Source: a candidate division WOR-3 bacterium
GTDB taxonomy: Bacteria > Hydrothermota > Tepidihabitantia > Tepidihabitantales > Tepidihabitantaceae
Direction of reading: 5' to 3'
Assembly (NCBI GenBank): GCA_030612625.1
Contig: JAUWNN010000001.1
Span: forward strand, 1 to 45,923
DNA: 45,923 bases
The notes under the pieces were generated by a model. It ran no database searches, was not told the DNA's origin, and saw only the letters and a program-made list of their open reading frames with translations. Shown piece after piece: positions 45,778 through 45,923 of this stretch (the first letter of the stretch is position 1; every line of letters starts with the position of its first letter). A program made the translations under genes and the position numbers.

Positions 45778-45923
45778 CCAAGACCAGGACAAACCTGGTC
45801 GCCCCTTATTGAGCCGAGCCCGCTGCGGAGTGGGCTGCGGAGTCAGCAGCGGACCGAGCTGCTCCAGAGCTGCTGGGAGGTCACTGGGGAGGTGGCTCTC
45901 GATTTCAGTTCGGATTTCAGCTT
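45778..45923 (+). repeat. Direct repeat partner of 1607-1752 (truncated by the window end)
   Basis: About 95% identity to 1607-1752 with no gaps. It is preceded by other mosaic modules (ccgaaaaccgatatagg at 45683, cgtaatgcgt words at 45725). Confidence 0.85.

Overview
This 46-kb window comes from an uncultured, moderately GC-rich bacterium. Three secreted proteins carry T9SS-type C-terminal sorting domains, which suggests an FCB-superphylum-like lineage (inference only). The backbone is housekeeping operons: radical-SAM (TIGR03960/03936-like)-rng; nrdD-DUF167; thiL; grpE-dnaK-dnaJ-rsmE; rpsU-mutS2-dnaG-rpoD; rsmI-CDP-alcohol phosphatidyltransferase-hflX; and rho-rpmE-prfB, the last with a canonical +1 frameshift site. 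Accessory content: three T9SS cargo proteins, a GrpB-GNAT fusion, a high-GC3 NYN/PIN-like island, a possible HEPN-like protein, and a 930-aa WD40-Roc GTPase-COR-like-Zn ribbon-TIR protein with NLR-like logic. Four things stand out. (1) A mosaic repeat family built from stuttered 7-12 nt words and small hairpins fills almost every long intergenic gap (roughly 7 kb of the window). It also intrudes into genes: it forms C-terminal tails of rpmE, hflX and mutS2, sits as an in-frame insert in grpE, and replaces the core of a phosphoesterase gene. (2) There are three perfectly phased 12-nt degenerate tandem arrays of 24-27 units plus one shorter, irregular copy; the two GAAAAGGC-type arrays share a conserved flank. 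(3) The ROCO-TIR protein has WD40 blades that are 126-nt tandem repeats of high internal identity. (4) Gene decay is visible: an nrdR relic upstream of nrdD, a metallophosphoesterase relic after rpoD, a T9SS cargo gene split by an in-frame TGA followed by a SECIS-like hairpin, and a 39-nt relic of a sorting-domain gene. I recognised no rRNA, tRNA, CRISPR array, transposase or integrase. All family assignments come from motifs read by eye, not from database searches.
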